Shown in pieces: positions 1-10,571 of a stretch of 32,000 nt of DNA. The translations under genes were made by a program, and so were the position numbers. Within the stretch, counting starts at the first letter, position 1; the number at the start of each line of letters is the position of its first letter. A model generated the notes under the pieces. It had not been told where the DNA came from and ran no database searches. It saw only the letters and a program-made list of their open reading frames with translations. The DNA is from a cyanobacterium endosymbiont of Epithemia turgida isolate EtSB Lake Yunoko (lineage in GTDB: Bacteria; Cyanobacteriota; Cyanobacteriia; Cyanobacteriales; Microcystaceae): positions 173,397 through 205,396 of the forward strand of contig NZ_AP012549.1 in assembly GCF_000829235.1 (NCBI RefSeq). Reading direction: 5' to 3'.

Positions 1-98
1 ATCGTATTTTAGTGATGGATAAAGGAAAACCTGTTCAGATAGGAACCCATAAAACCTTGTGGCAACAACCTGGTTTGTATCGGTCTCTTTGGAATTAA
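1..98 (+). CDS. C-terminal end of an ABC transporter ATP-binding/permease (exporter type) protein, truncated by the window edge
   Basis: Frame 3 reads (D)RILVMDKGKPVQIGTHKTLWQQPGLYRSLWN*, matching the conserved tail of ABC exporter NBDs (RILVLDxGxIVExGTHxELL...GLYxxLW). Stop taa at 96-98. Confidence 0.72.
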   Translation, partial: RILVMDKGKPVQIGTHKTLWQQPGLYRSLWN

Positions 99-1034
99 CG
101 CCAATCATAGAAAGTCTACAAACAAATAAAATTCAACCCTTACTTACTTAAATTTGACTATGAATTGTTTAGTCCTATTATACCGATATAAGCTCTGAAT
201 ATAACTCAAAAATAAAAATATTTTGATAAATTTAATTTACAGTTTTACTTGATGAGGACTTCATAGAAATAAGAACTACTTTTAACTGTTAATTTCGTTT
301 TTGTTCCAACTCCGAAATTAATTTGAAATGAATTATATTAATATCAATATAAACAAGTTCTTATAAATTGTGCTATTGAGGAATCAAACTAACTTTACAA
401 CTGGCTTAGATTAGGAAATAACCCATTCTTCACAGTCTACTCAATAAATAATTTTAGGATAAATTTCTGCCGCTTCATAGATTTTGTAATCAGCCCAGCA
501 AAACTTACAGTGAATAACTTTTAAATAAAATTAATTGATTAATTTATCAACGTTAATGACTTATTTCTGGGTAAAGATAAAATTACTAGTAACCCCTAAA
601 GAAAAACTTTGCTTAAATAACTTAAGAGAAGTTCAAGAATGACCTTATGAATCTAAAATTGTAGATAATATGCTGCTGTACTTACTAAGAAATTAACGAT
701 TAGTTTTAGCTTTAGGATTAAGAATTCTTCTCTTAACATTAACAATATTTATTAAATAGATTAGGCCTTTTCTCCTTAATGCAGCTCCAATGCTCAAAGT
801 ATCTACCCAAGCTGACTATGACGCATAAATTTTAGGTGTACCAGTAAATTTTCTTTATTGGTTGGTTTTTAGGATAGAAATAAAATGGTAAAGTTTTCTT
901 TATGTACTAATTTTAGTACAATAATCGTAACAAATCTCTTAACCCCAAATACTATGTTGTTACATATATTTTACTTTGGAAATGTATTGAATTAATGGAT
1001 TAATTTTGTCACCGAATCTTTAGGTGTTAAGGTA

Positions 1035-1277
1035 TAAATTTTAAAGAAAAAGTAGCTAAACAAGACTTACCTCCTCTATGAAAACTGACAAGAATAATTG
1101 CTTTAAGTGTAAAACTAATATCAGCTATAGCTTTTACCTGTACTAGGATTTACTTCAATTGTCTTTATTTTAGATGGCTATTCTCTGGGACTAGCTGAAG
1201 GAGTAATTTCACGTAATACAGCTTTGATTTATATTTTTTTGGGTTTATTCCTTGAACTATTATTACTTGACAGTTAA
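1035..1277 (+). pseudogene. Decayed membrane-protein gene remnant (3' end)
   Basis: Open frame 1131-1277 without a start codon: LLPVLGFTSIVFILDGYSLGLAEGVISRNTALIYIFLGLFLELLLLDS*. Just upstream in another frame, LTRIIALSVKLISAIAFT looks continuous with it after a 1-nt frameshift. Left boundary approximate. Confidence 0.5.
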
Positions 1278-1387
1278 ATAATAATGACTTATTACAATTA
1301 ACTCTATCTTACTTTATGATACTCAGAGCTATTTTACTCAGTTCATAAATTACTCAAAGTATTAAAAAGGCAAAATTTTTATTTATA

Positions 1388-3736
1388 ATGAATATCTTGC
1401 AAGATAAATGGCAAATAGCACCATCTCCATTAATTCCTCAGTGGTTTCTAACAATTGTTAAATTATATACTCCTAATTCTGAAGGAAAACATGTTGCTAA
1501 AATTCTATGGCAACGAGGAATTCAACACAAAGATCAACTGATGTCTTTCATTGATGCTGATGCCTATCATCCAACTAGTCCTTTTGCTTTTGGAGAAGAA
1601 ATGAAATGGGCAGTTAAACGCCTTAAAAGAGCTTATGAAAATCGAGAAAAAGTAACTATATGGGGGGACTTTGATGCTGATGGAATTACCTCAACTAGCG
1701 TTCTTTGGGAAGGATTAGGACAATTTTTTCTTCCTCATCTTCAACTTGACTATTATATCCCTAATCGTATCACAGAATCACACGGATTAAATTGTCAAGG
1801 AATAAAAAAATTAGCAATATCAGGAACTCGGTTAGTTGTGACTTGTGATACAGGCAGTACTAACTTAACTGAAATTGACTATGCTAATGAGTTAGGTATT
1901 GATATAATTGTCACCGATCATCATGTTTTACCAGATACTCGGCCCCCTGTTACTGCTATTATCAACCCTCGCTACTTTAGCACTAATCATTCTCTATTTA
2001 ATCTATCAGGAGTGGCAGTAGCCTATAAATTAATTGAAGCATTTTATCAGGAATTACCTAATATTCCTCAAGAACCACTAGAACAATTATTAGACTTAGT
2101 TGCTATCGGGCTAATTGCTGACTTAGTTGAGTTAAAAGGAGATTGTCGTTATTTAGCACAAAAAGGTATTCGATGCTTGCACAAACAGCAACAATTTAAA
2201 ACTCGTCCAGGAATTGCTAAATTATTAGAGTTATGTAAGAAAAATGGTGATCGACCTACTGATATTTCCTATGGTATTGGACCTAGAATTAATGCTATTA
2301 GTCGCATTTATGGAGATGCAACATTTGGAGTTGAATTATTAACTAGTCGCGATATAAAACTTTGCCACGAACTTGCTTTTAAAACCGAATTAGCAAACAC
2401 AAGACGTAAAGAAATACAACAAAGAGTTTATAAAGATGTTAAAAATAAACTATCTAAAATTGACTTGTCAACTGTGAAAGCTATTGTCTTAAAAGATACT
2501 CAATGGGATAGCGGAGTTCTAGGGTTAGTTGCAGGAAAAATTGCTCAAGAATATAGTCGTCCAACAATTTTATTAACCATAATAGAAACAGATAATGAAG
2601 ACGAAGTTAAAGGCATAAAAATGCTCAGAGGTTCAGCGCGCTCAGTTAATCAAATAGATTTATATAAATTACTGGATTATCATAAAAATTTGTTACATCG
2701 TTTTGGAGGACATCCTTTTGCTGTAGGGTTAAGTTTACCTCTAAAAAATTTAACTTTATTTAGAGAAGGGATTAATCAACAATTACGACAAAAACTCGAT
2801 CATATTACTTATTTAAAAGCAACGATTGAAGTAGATTTAATTGTTACTGTTGTTGACTTAGGACAAGATTTATTTCGAGAACTAAAATTATTAGAACCCT
2901 GTGGAATTGGTAATTCTATTCCTAAAATTTTAATACAAAATTGCTGGTTTGATAATGTTTTCAGCAATAATATTGAGGACAGAACAAAAAATAAAATACA
3001 GTATATAAAGACAACTTTTGAGATTCATGATTTTTCTACTGACAAAGGATTTCCTGGAGTTTGGTGGGAACATTATAAAGATGAGCTTCCTTTTGATAAA
3101 CTCCAAGATACTATTGTTGAATTATATTTTAATTCTTATTATAAACGTTATGAAGTTAGATTAATTGCTATTAGAGACTGTGTAGATAATGTTGAACTTA
3201 ATCAAAATACTAATAATAATAACTATTTGTTAGATTGGCGAAACAAAAAATATAAAGAAGACTTTCAAAAAGTAAATACTCAAATTCAAATATTACAAGA
3301 ATGTCCTAATAGCTGGGATGAACTATTAACAATATATCATCAAACTCAACAAAAAAAAATTAAACTTGCTCTTGCTTATGATTCACCAAAATATATAAAT
3401 TCCATAGAAGTTTGGCAACAATTATTAGGAATTGCAAAATATTACAGTCGTACTAATGAAGTTGTCAATATAAAACAAATAAAGACAAGATTAGAACTTA
3501 GTAATTATACCCTAAAAATTGGATTAGAAACCTTGTATGAATTAGGATTTAATTACAATAAAATAGAAGAAAAGTTCCAATTTAGATGGATCAAAAAGAT
3601 TGCTAATAATGCTCAAAAACAAGTGAGTAAATTTCTAGAAATAGTGGACGAAGAACAATTTCAGCATAAATATTTTTCTGAAGTTTCGCTTGAGTATATC
3701 AACAAAAAAATATATATAAACAATAAAAAAGAATAA
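1388..3736 (+). CDS. recJ: Single-stranded-DNA-specific exonuclease RecJ
   Basis: 782 aa ORF with DHH-family motifs (WGDFDADGITSTSVLW, VTCDTGSTN, VTDHH, GIGPRINAISRI) and DHHA1-type RFGGHPFAVG. Confidence 0.93.
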   Translation: MNILQDKWQIAPSPLIPQWFLTIVKLYTPNSEGKHVAKILWQRGIQHKDQLMSFIDADAYHPTSPFAFGEEMKWAVKRLKRAYENREKVTIWGDFDADGITSTSVLWEGLGQFFLPHLQLDYYIPNRITESHGLNCQGIKKLAISGTRLVVTCDTGSTNLTEIDYANELGIDIIVTDHHVLPDTRPPVTAIINPRYFSTNHSLFNLSGVAVAYKLIEAFYQELPNIPQEPLEQLLDLVAIGLIADLVELKGDCRYLAQKGIRCLHKQQQFKTRPGIAKLLELCKKNGDRPTDISYGIGPRINAISRIYGDATFGVELLTSRDIKLCHELAFKTELANTRRKEIQQRVYKDVKNKLSKIDLSTVKAIVLKDTQWDSGVLGLVAGKIAQEYSRPTILLTIIETDNEDEVKGIKMLRGSARSVNQIDLYKLLDYHKNLLHRFGGHPFAVGLSLPLKNLTLFREGINQQLRQKLDHITYLKATIEVDLIVTVVDLGQDLFRELKLLEPCGIGNSIPKILIQNCWFDNVFSNNIEDRTKNKIQYIKTTFEIHDFSTDKGFPGVWWEHYKDELPFDKLQDTIVELYFNSYYKRYEVRLIAIRDCVDNVELNQNTNNNNYLLDWRNKKYKEDFQKVNTQIQILQECPNSWDELLTIYHQTQQKKIKLALAYDSPKYINSIEVWQQLLGIAKYYSRTNEVVNIKQIKTRLELSNYTLKIGLETLYELGFNYNKIEEKFQFRWIKKIANNAQKQVSKFLEIVDEEQFQHKYFSEVSLEYINKKIYINNKKE

Positions 3737-3797
3737 ATATAATTTATTCTTTAAGCTAGAATAGATAAGGTGCTATTGCAAAAGTACGTATAAAATT

Positions 3798-4064
3798 ATG
3801 AAATCTTTAACCTATCTAATTATCACAATAATGATTGCTTTCTGGTTTGGAGTAATCGCTATTTTTTCTATTCAAAACATTACTGAAATTTCTTTAAAAT
3901 TTTTAATGTTGGAATCTATCAAATTTCCCATTGGAGTATTATTATCTTTCTGTATAGGGGGGGGAATGGTTTTGGGATCACTAATGACTATATTGTGGGA
4001 ATGTTCAAAATATTTACCTCAAAGAGATTCAAGGAAAATTTCTAAAGAAGTTGATAATTTTTGA
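3798..4064 (+). CDS. Small two-helix membrane protein, LapA/DUF1049-like
   Basis: 88 aa ORF: hydrophobic N-term helix, 'FSIQNITEISLKFLMLESIKFPIGVLLSFCIGGGMVLGSL' pattern typical of LapA-domain proteins. Confidence 0.6.
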   Translation: MKSLTYLIITIMIAFWFGVIAIFSIQNITEISLKFLMLESIKFPIGVLLSFCIGGGMVLGSLMTILWECSKYLPQRDSRKISKEVDNF

Positions 4065-4341
4065 TTTAAATTGAATCAATGTATATGTTAGGTTAATGTT
4101 AAATTACAAGTCGTAAAATTACGTCGAACAATTGATGCGTAAATTCTAATAGCCATAGAAAAATTAGTTATTTAGTTGCTGATGATTTAATTAAAATATA
4201 AACAATAAAAATAAGAAAAAAATTAATTTAAAATTGTAAAAATTATATAAAAATTTTTACAAATAAAGTCAATAAAAGAGTAAATAAGAAGACTTTAATA
4301 AAAGCAAAATAAATAAAGTGATAGAAAATTTTAGAACAGAA

Positions 4342-4399
4342 AAACCTCTGTTTTAAGTTAATTTTTTTAATCATAAAAATTAACTTAAAATAGAGGTTT
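4342..4399. repeat. Long inverted repeat (25-bp arms, 1 mismatch, 8-nt loop)
   Basis: AAACCTCTGTTTTAAGTTAATTTTT (4342-4366) / AAAAATTAACTTAAAATAGAGGTTT (4375-4399). Confidence 0.85.
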
Positions 4400-4912
4400 A
4401 AAAATATTGCTTAAAAACTTAATTAAAAAATAAATAAAAAAGTTAAGATAATATTTTCAATGAAAACTATTAGTTGGTGACTAGAGTCTTGTTAACTAAT
4501 TTAGTTGAACTAGCTCCAGTAGGTTTAATTTATTGAGATTTATAAATAATAAATTTGCTAAGTGTTAGTGTTTATATAATCCCTTATAAAGAATAGTAGA
4601 TTAAAATAATAATGGTAATTTTAATAAAATAAAAGTTAAAATAATTGCAAATAAAAGCAGTAAATTTACTTCGATTAAAAACCAAATTAAATTAGACTTA
4701 TACTATTAATTAATTAATAGTTTATTCACTTAGTAGAATTGATGAAATTGATAATATAGAATTTATTAGAGATAAAATATTTGTACTAGTTAAATAATAG
4801 CGACATTTCGATTTTGAAAATTAAAGTAAGTAGGAATTTTTAAAAAATAACTATGACAAGCATAATTTATATTAGAGTTAACAAATTTTTTTTGCTTTCT
4901 GATTTTCTTCTT

Positions 4913-5455
4913 TTAACTCGATTGAAATACATACAATGTTATAGCACTATTTCCATAATATTTTTTCTGACGAATTTCTAATCCATTGATTGTCATTGCT
5001 TGCCATAATTTAGGATTATGTTCTACTGCAATTTCTCCGCCTTTTTTTAAAAGTTTGTGAGCTGCTATTTTTTCTAAAACAGGTTGATACAACATACTAG
5101 TATAAGGCGGATCAAAATAGATATAATGAAATTGTTGTCCTTCTAGAGTTTTTAGGATGTTTAAAACATCACCTTTAATCACTTTAAAAGTCTGATTTGT
5201 CGTGGAAAATTTTTGCCAATTTTGCTTAATAATTTTACACGCTTTCCCATAGCTTTCAATACCTATTACTTCCCTTGCACCACGAGATAAAGCTTCTGCA
5301 CCCATTGAACCATTTCCTGCACATAAATCTAGCCAACGACATTCGACAATTGAACCTTGCCAAATATTAAACAAAGCCTCCCTAACTTTAGCAGATGTAG
5401 GACGAATTAATTGTCCAGGTAAAGTGGTTAATAATCGATTTCCATAAATCCGCAT
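4913..5455 (-). CDS. rsmD: 16S rRNA (guanine(966)-N(2))-methyltransferase RsmD
   Basis: 180 aa: MRIYGN..., RPTSAKVREALFNIW, LDLCAGNGSMGAEALSRGA, YFDPPY motifs. Confidence 0.9.
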   Translation of the reverse strand: MRIYGNRLLTTLPGQLIRPTSAKVREALFNIWQGSIVECRWLDLCAGNGSMGAEALSRGAREVIGIESYGKACKIIKQNWQKFSTTNQTFKVIKGDVLNILKTLEGQQFHYIYFDPPYTSMLYQPVLEKIAAHKLLKKGGEIAVEHNPKLWQAMTINGLEIRQKKYYGNSAITLYVFQSS

Positions 5456-5772
5456 TCTGGTTAATAGTTAATTATAGGGATATTGATTAGGAACTACTGA
5501 CAAATACAAAAGTCTAGCCAAACTCAAACACGTAATAGTGATCAGTCAATGCAACACGACTAATAAACTCTTGAGTATCTAAACTATCCATTGTTTTTTC
5601 TAATTGTACTTGTCTTAGTTACCAACTACTAAAATAGTAATCTATCCTAAATACAATTTTATCCAAAAAAACTATTGATAGGTTTTTAGATATCTCTAAG
5701 TGAATAAGTAACTGCAATTGAAGTCTAACTTAACTAATCTTAATTATCTAAGCAGACAATTAAAAATTCTAG

Positions 5773-6411
5773 TTATTTATAGAGTTGTACTGATTTAAGT
5801 AAACTCACAAAATTAGATAGGCTTTTTAAGCCATAATTGGAGGATTTTTCAGGGTGAAATTGTACTGCCATTAAATTATCAAAAGCAATTGCTGCTGTTA
5901 CTGTTTGACTGCCATGAGTAACGGTTGCTGCGGTAACACTTATATCAAGTGGATCAACATAATAAGAGTGAACAAAATACATGTAAGGATTAGGGGGTAA
6001 GCCTTGCCATAAACTTAAATTAGATTGAGTAAATTCCAATTGATTCCAACCCATGTGAGGAATAGTAAGATAAGGTTCAGAACGAAAACGACGGACCTTT
6101 CCAGGAATAATTCCTAACCCTGGTTCTTTCCCTTCTTCAGAAGTATCAAAAAGAATTTGTAAACCTAAACAAATTCCTAAAAAAGGTTTTTTATCAGCAA
6201 TTGCCTGTTTAATAGGATTAACTAAATGGCGCGCCCGTAAATTTTGAACTGCCGGATCAAAAGATCCTACTCCAGGTAAAATAATTCCAGCAGCTTTAGC
6301 AATTTCGTTAGGAGAATCAGTGATTTTTGGGGTTATCCCTGCTCTTTCGATTCCCTTACAAACAGAATGTAGATTTCCCATATCATAGTCGATAACTGCA
6401 ATAAAATTCAT
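5773..6411 (-). CDS. hisH: Imidazole glycerol phosphate synthase subunit HisH
   Basis: 212 aa: class I glutamine amidotransferase with DYDMGNLHSV, LPGVGSF, FLGICLGLQILF, QFHPEKS catalytic motifs. Confidence 0.93.
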   Translation of the reverse strand: MNFIAVIDYDMGNLHSVCKGIERAGITPKITDSPNEIAKAAGIILPGVGSFDPAVQNLRARHLVNPIKQAIADKKPFLGICLGLQILFDTSEEGKEPGLGIIPGKVRRFRSEPYLTIPHMGWNQLEFTQSNLSLWQGLPPNPYMYFVHSYYVDPLDISVTAATVTHGSQTVTAAIAFDNLMAVQFHPEKSSNYGLKSLSNFVSLLKSVQLYK

Positions 6412-6556
6412 GTTGTAAGATTTAATATAATAAATGCTTTGATCCTATTCTAGAGTATAAGAAACCATGACTAGCATTGTTTTAACTTTACTTGATTTCA
6501 AATTTAGATACCCTATCAACTCTCTAGTTCCTTGAAGGTTATTTGAAGATATATTT

Positions 6557-6614
6557 AAAATAAAGCTATCGAAGGAGTATTTATTTAAACACTCCTTCGA
6601 TAGCTTTATTTTTG
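6557..6614. repeat. Perfect 23-bp inverted repeat with 12-nt loop
   Basis: AAAAATAAAGCTATCGAAGGAGT (6557-6579) / ACTCCTTCGATAGCTTTATTTTT (6592-6614). Strong stem ending in a T-rich arm; could be a rho-independent terminator on + and/or a relic of one. Confidence 0.85.
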
Positions 6615-7339
6615 TCATAATGACTAGATTGTATCGATTATTAATTATAAACTTGAATATTAGGAGAGAATGGGATAAACTTAAAAGCACAATTAACCTA
6701 AAAAAATAGTTTTATAATTGCTTAATATATCTATTGGTTACGATGAATGAAAATTAATTTATTTATAAAAAATTTTATTATAAAGTAATATAATATTTGC
6801 GACAATTTAATTGTATCTATATCTTGATCCTGATTCTATATTTTTATTTATTTTTAAAAAATTTATCTAGTTGAATTTATAATAACTTATTTAGAGATAC
6901 ATAAAGTAAAAAAAATATCTATGATTAGATTAAAATATAATCATTTACTTATAGAAAAAATAATGTTAATTAATTGTGATAAAAAAGAGAATTAGTTTAG
7001 AAAATAATTATTAAATGGCTTTAAATAAGTGATTAACAAGTCATCAATTTTTTACCAACTACTTGAATAATCTAAGCAAAGACTGGAACAATTATGACAA
7101 GAAGGCCTCAGCTAGATAAAAGTCTAACTATTCGACAATTAACATAGATTTTTACAAAATTTAATTATAGGTAAAGTTCTTATTATTATCCATAATGGAA
7201 CAATTAATATGCTTGTCTTTATAAGAATTAGTATTAAACTATTTCTAATAATACTGCTATTTTATGAATTTTAAAATAAAAAGTAATTTAATCATTGAAT
7301 AACCAAGAGTAGATTTACAATATTAGAAGTGTTATGTTA

Positions 7340-7386
7340 AGGTTTTATATATAATATAATTATAATGTCTATTATATATAAAACCT
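7340..7386. repeat. Perfect 17-bp inverted repeat with 13-nt loop
   Basis: AGGTTTTATATATAATA (7340-7356) / TATTATATATAAAACCT (7370-7386). Confidence 0.7.
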
Positions 7387-8462
7387 AATTATTTTAAAGA
7401 ATTTTATTTTAATTTTTTAAAAAAAATATTAATTTTTATAACTTAAAAACTTGAACTATGCCCTTATATAAAAATACTTTAAATATAATTTATAACCTAT
7501 TACAAAGATAATAAAAAAAACAGATGATCTCTATCGTAAAAATATACAGTATTATATTTCATTTTTTATCATTGCTGTCACTCCATCGGCTATTCCTCTT
7601 TTTTTTGTAAATAAGAAATTTTTAATAGCTTGACAAGTTTTTCAGACAAGAGTAATTGTTAGTAGCCATTACAGGTTATTTTTTAAACAAATAGTACGTG
7701 ATACGAAAATCAATCAAGTCTATACTAGGATTTTATAGTACAATATCAGCATCTTGGGTAAGGGCTGATACGTTAACATTAGGATAAAATACTTCTGTTT
7801 ATCTTTGAAGTTTAATGGAAGGAAAAAAATTGATCAGTAAATTTATATATTATACAGGAGATATTTTAAAAAGCATAGGAACAATTTGTTGAGAAAGTTA
7901 GTAACAGAAAGAAAATATATAATTGGAGTTTTTATCTATTGGTATAAAAATTTTCCTTTCTGAGAAAACTTAAACTTTAAGATAAATTATTATTTACCAA
8001 AAACCTATTACAGCAATCAAATAAAAACATGTTATTATTTAATTGATAAGACTAAAAAGTGCAGACTAAAGTAGTTTAATTAATACTATTTTTAATACAA
8101 AACTAGCTGAGGTTAGTGTTTTGTCTAGTACTAAAAAAATTAACTTTTTGAAATACTGCTGGTTATGAATAAGTCAATCGCCCTTAATTTCATAAACAAC
8201 TTCCAAATTCTTGTATGAAAGCTTACTTATTATTAATTACTCCTATTCTTAGCCTGCCTTTATAAATAAACGTTATTTTTTTTATGCTGTCAAATCTGAG
8301 GGAATAGACTTACCATCATGAGTTTACTTTCGATTCAGAGACTGTTTTGAACGAAACTTTAAGTAAGTGACATATAAGAAAATAAAATTTTTTAGGTAAT
8401 TTTTTTTTCTTTAAGCCATTTAGATGATTCTTTTGGAATGTTAGTTCAGCGAAATACATCAT

Positions 8463-8484
8463 ATAGTTATCTTAAGATAACTAT
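8463..8484. repeat. Perfect 22-nt palindrome
   Basis: ATAGTTATCTTAAGATAACTAT. Confidence 0.6.
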
Positions 8485-8616
8485 TATAAATAGTCTCCTA
8501 TGAGTTCTTTTAGATGAAGAACAAATTGACCAATTTTCTGCTCTTATTATTCTTTTAAAATTTAGATAAAAATTGATTACACCTAAAAATCTAGAATGAT
8601 TTACTTAATTGATCGT

Positions 8617-9858
8617 TTATTTAAGCAATTGAGGCATTTTCCCTAGTAATCCTGTCATTAATTGCAAAGAAACCCGTTTAAATAAAGGAACAGTATTAAT
8701 CAACCACAATCCCAACCGACGCAATATCATTAATAACCACCACTGATTAGAAAATAAGCGATTTAAAAAGTCAGTAAACCCCAATATTACCCAATTCTCG
8801 CTTCTGCGCCAGTGTTCGTAACGTTTCAAGACCTTTAAACTTCCGATATCTTCTCCTTGTTGATGAGCTTTTTGTAAAACTTCTGCTAAAGCCGCCACAT
8901 CTCGAATTCCCAAATTTAACCCCTGTCCCCCCAAAGGATGACAGCAATGTGCAGCATCCCCGACCAGAACAAGTCTGTGCTTTGTATAGCGCTCACTTTG
9001 CATTAACTGAATCGGAAATATAAAACGATCACTGACCAATTCTAATTTTCCTAAAATTCCTCCAGTCCGTTGCTGTAACTGACTTAAAAATTTTGTTTCG
9101 TCTAATTCTCTAATTGCTTTCGCTTGGGAATGAGGAGCTGTCCAAACAATTTGACAACGATTTCCTGGAAGGGGTAAAATCCCCATAGGTCCCGAATACC
9201 AAAATCGTTCAAATGCTATGTTATTGCTCGGGGCGTTATGTTTAACTGTGAAAGTAACACAAGACTGCCAATATTTCCATCCTTGAGTTTTAATACCTAC
9301 TTTTAAACGTATTGGCGACTGTGAGCCGTCGGCTCCTATAACTAATTTACTACGGATTTGCTGTAATTGTCCCTCCACTTTGACCTTGACTACAGCCTCT
9401 GTATCTTGATAGTCCACGGCTATCACTTCAGCCGGACATAACCATCGAATTTCCGGCTCCTCTAAAATCGCTGTTTGTAGTGTTTCTAAGAGCATTTTAT
9501 GTTCTCCCACGTAGCCTAGATAATCTGTTCCAATATCGGTAGTTTGGAACTCAACTACCTGTGGATAATCAGCATCAGAAAGGCGAATAGAGTGAAACTT
9601 TCCAACTTTAGGAAATATTTTTTCCCAGATCCCAATTGCGTCTAAAATACGCGCAGACAGTAGTGAGAGAGCATAAGCTTGAGGTTTGCTTGCAACCTTT
9701 ATCTGAACCTGAGTCTCAACAATAACGATTTTCAATCCGGATTTTTTGAGGGCTGTAGCTAAAATCATACCAACAATTCCTCCCCCCACAATAGTAAGAT
9801 CGTAGTCTGCAGTATGTTTAGAGAGTGCAATAGAGGCGTTTAGCTGATCGACAGTCAT
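8617..9858 (-). CDS. FAD-dependent hydroxylase, UbiH/UbiF/VisC/COQ6 family
   Basis: 413 aa: N-term DLTIVGGGIVGMILATALKKSGLKI Rossmann FAD motif, LVIGADGSQSPIR, VLVGDAAHCCHPLGGQGLNLGIRD. Confidence 0.87.
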   Translation of the reverse strand: MTVDQLNASIALSKHTADYDLTIVGGGIVGMILATALKKSGLKIVIVETQVQIKVASKPQAYALSLLSARILDAIGIWEKIFPKVGKFHSIRLSDADYPQVVEFQTTDIGTDYLGYVGEHKMLLETLQTAILEEPEIRWLCPAEVIAVDYQDTEAVVKVKVEGQLQQIRSKLVIGADGSQSPIRLKVGIKTQGWKYWQSCVTFTVKHNAPSNNIAFERFWYSGPMGILPLPGNRCQIVWTAPHSQAKAIRELDETKFLSQLQQRTGGILGKLELVSDRFIFPIQLMQSERYTKHRLVLVGDAAHCCHPLGGQGLNLGIRDVAALAEVLQKAHQQGEDIGSLKVLKRYEHWRRSENWVILGFTDFLNRLFSNQWWLLMILRRLGLWLINTVPLFKRVSLQLMTGLLGKMPQLLK

Positions 9859-10011
9859 TTTAAATTATTTCTTCAAAAAAGGTTTAAAAAACATACACTT
9901 TTTAATTGTGACGTGAATTTTTTGAGTATGCAAGGTCATTAATCTAGATCCTTACTTTAGGATGAAGTATTTTGGCATTATGGCTCTCAGGTTAAAATTT
10001 AACTGCCCATG

Positions 10012-10039
10012 AGGAGTTAAAGTCTGATTTTTAACTCCT
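10012..10039. terminator. Possible intrinsic-terminator-like hairpin (10-bp stem followed by a T-rich tract)
   Basis: AGGAGTTAAA (10012-10021) / TTTAACTCCT (10030-10039), then gattttta on the + strand. Confidence 0.35.
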
Positions 10040-10117
10040 GATTTTTACCAGATTAGCTACTACAATTCCTATGAAATAGCCCCACAATAGTCCCTAAACT
10101 AACATTTTGTACTAATT

Positions 10118-10420
10118 TCAAAACAGTAGAGTTTTTTCCACTTCAGGGGGAATAATCAACTGCAAAGGATCTATTTGGGGGTTAACAGATTCTATCTGCA
10201 CCTTTTGGAAAGTGTTTAAGAGATGAGTTAAGACTATTGTTAGTTATAGTTAATTTTTGCTGCCAATGATCATAAATATTGCGTACAACAATAGATATTT
10301 TGTATATTTCGTGCTGAATACTTTATATTTCTTTGCGAATATCTATCTTAATCGCTCGTAAAACCTCAATTTAATTTATGGTCTCAATAAGTTACTAATG
10401 AAAGGAAAAACGTAAGTTAC
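10118..10420 (-). pseudogene. Decayed gene remnant of unknown family
   Basis: Minus-strand open frame 10118-10243 with no start: LTIVLTHLLNTFQKVQIESVNPQIDPLQLIIPPEVEKTLLF*. Upstream in a shifted frame: VLRAIKIDIRKEI*SIQHEIYKISIVVRNIYDHWQQKLT. Coding-like composition interrupted by a stop and frameshifts; right boundary approximate. Confidence 0.5.
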
Positions 10421-10515
10421 TAAGAGATATTCTCGAATGATATGAATTAATATTTTGGCTTTCCAAAGCTTTTGAAGCTTCCTGTCGTAAAAGTTTCATT
10501 AAATTAATTTTTATG

Positions 10516-10571
10516 TTTCTAAGTAATCTCAATTATTAGACAAAAGTCTAATAATTGAGATTACTTAGAAA
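10516..10571. repeat. Perfect 26-bp inverted repeat with 4-nt AAAA loop
   Basis: TTTCTAAGTAATCTCAATTATTAGAC (10516-10541) / GTCTAATAATTGAGATTACTTAGAAA (10546-10571). Confidence 0.9.

Noticed and set aside
6445-6690. 81-aa minus-strand ORF upstream of hisH
   Set aside because: No recognisable domain, low-complexity composition, and it spans the perfect inverted repeat at 6557-6614; most likely a chance frame.
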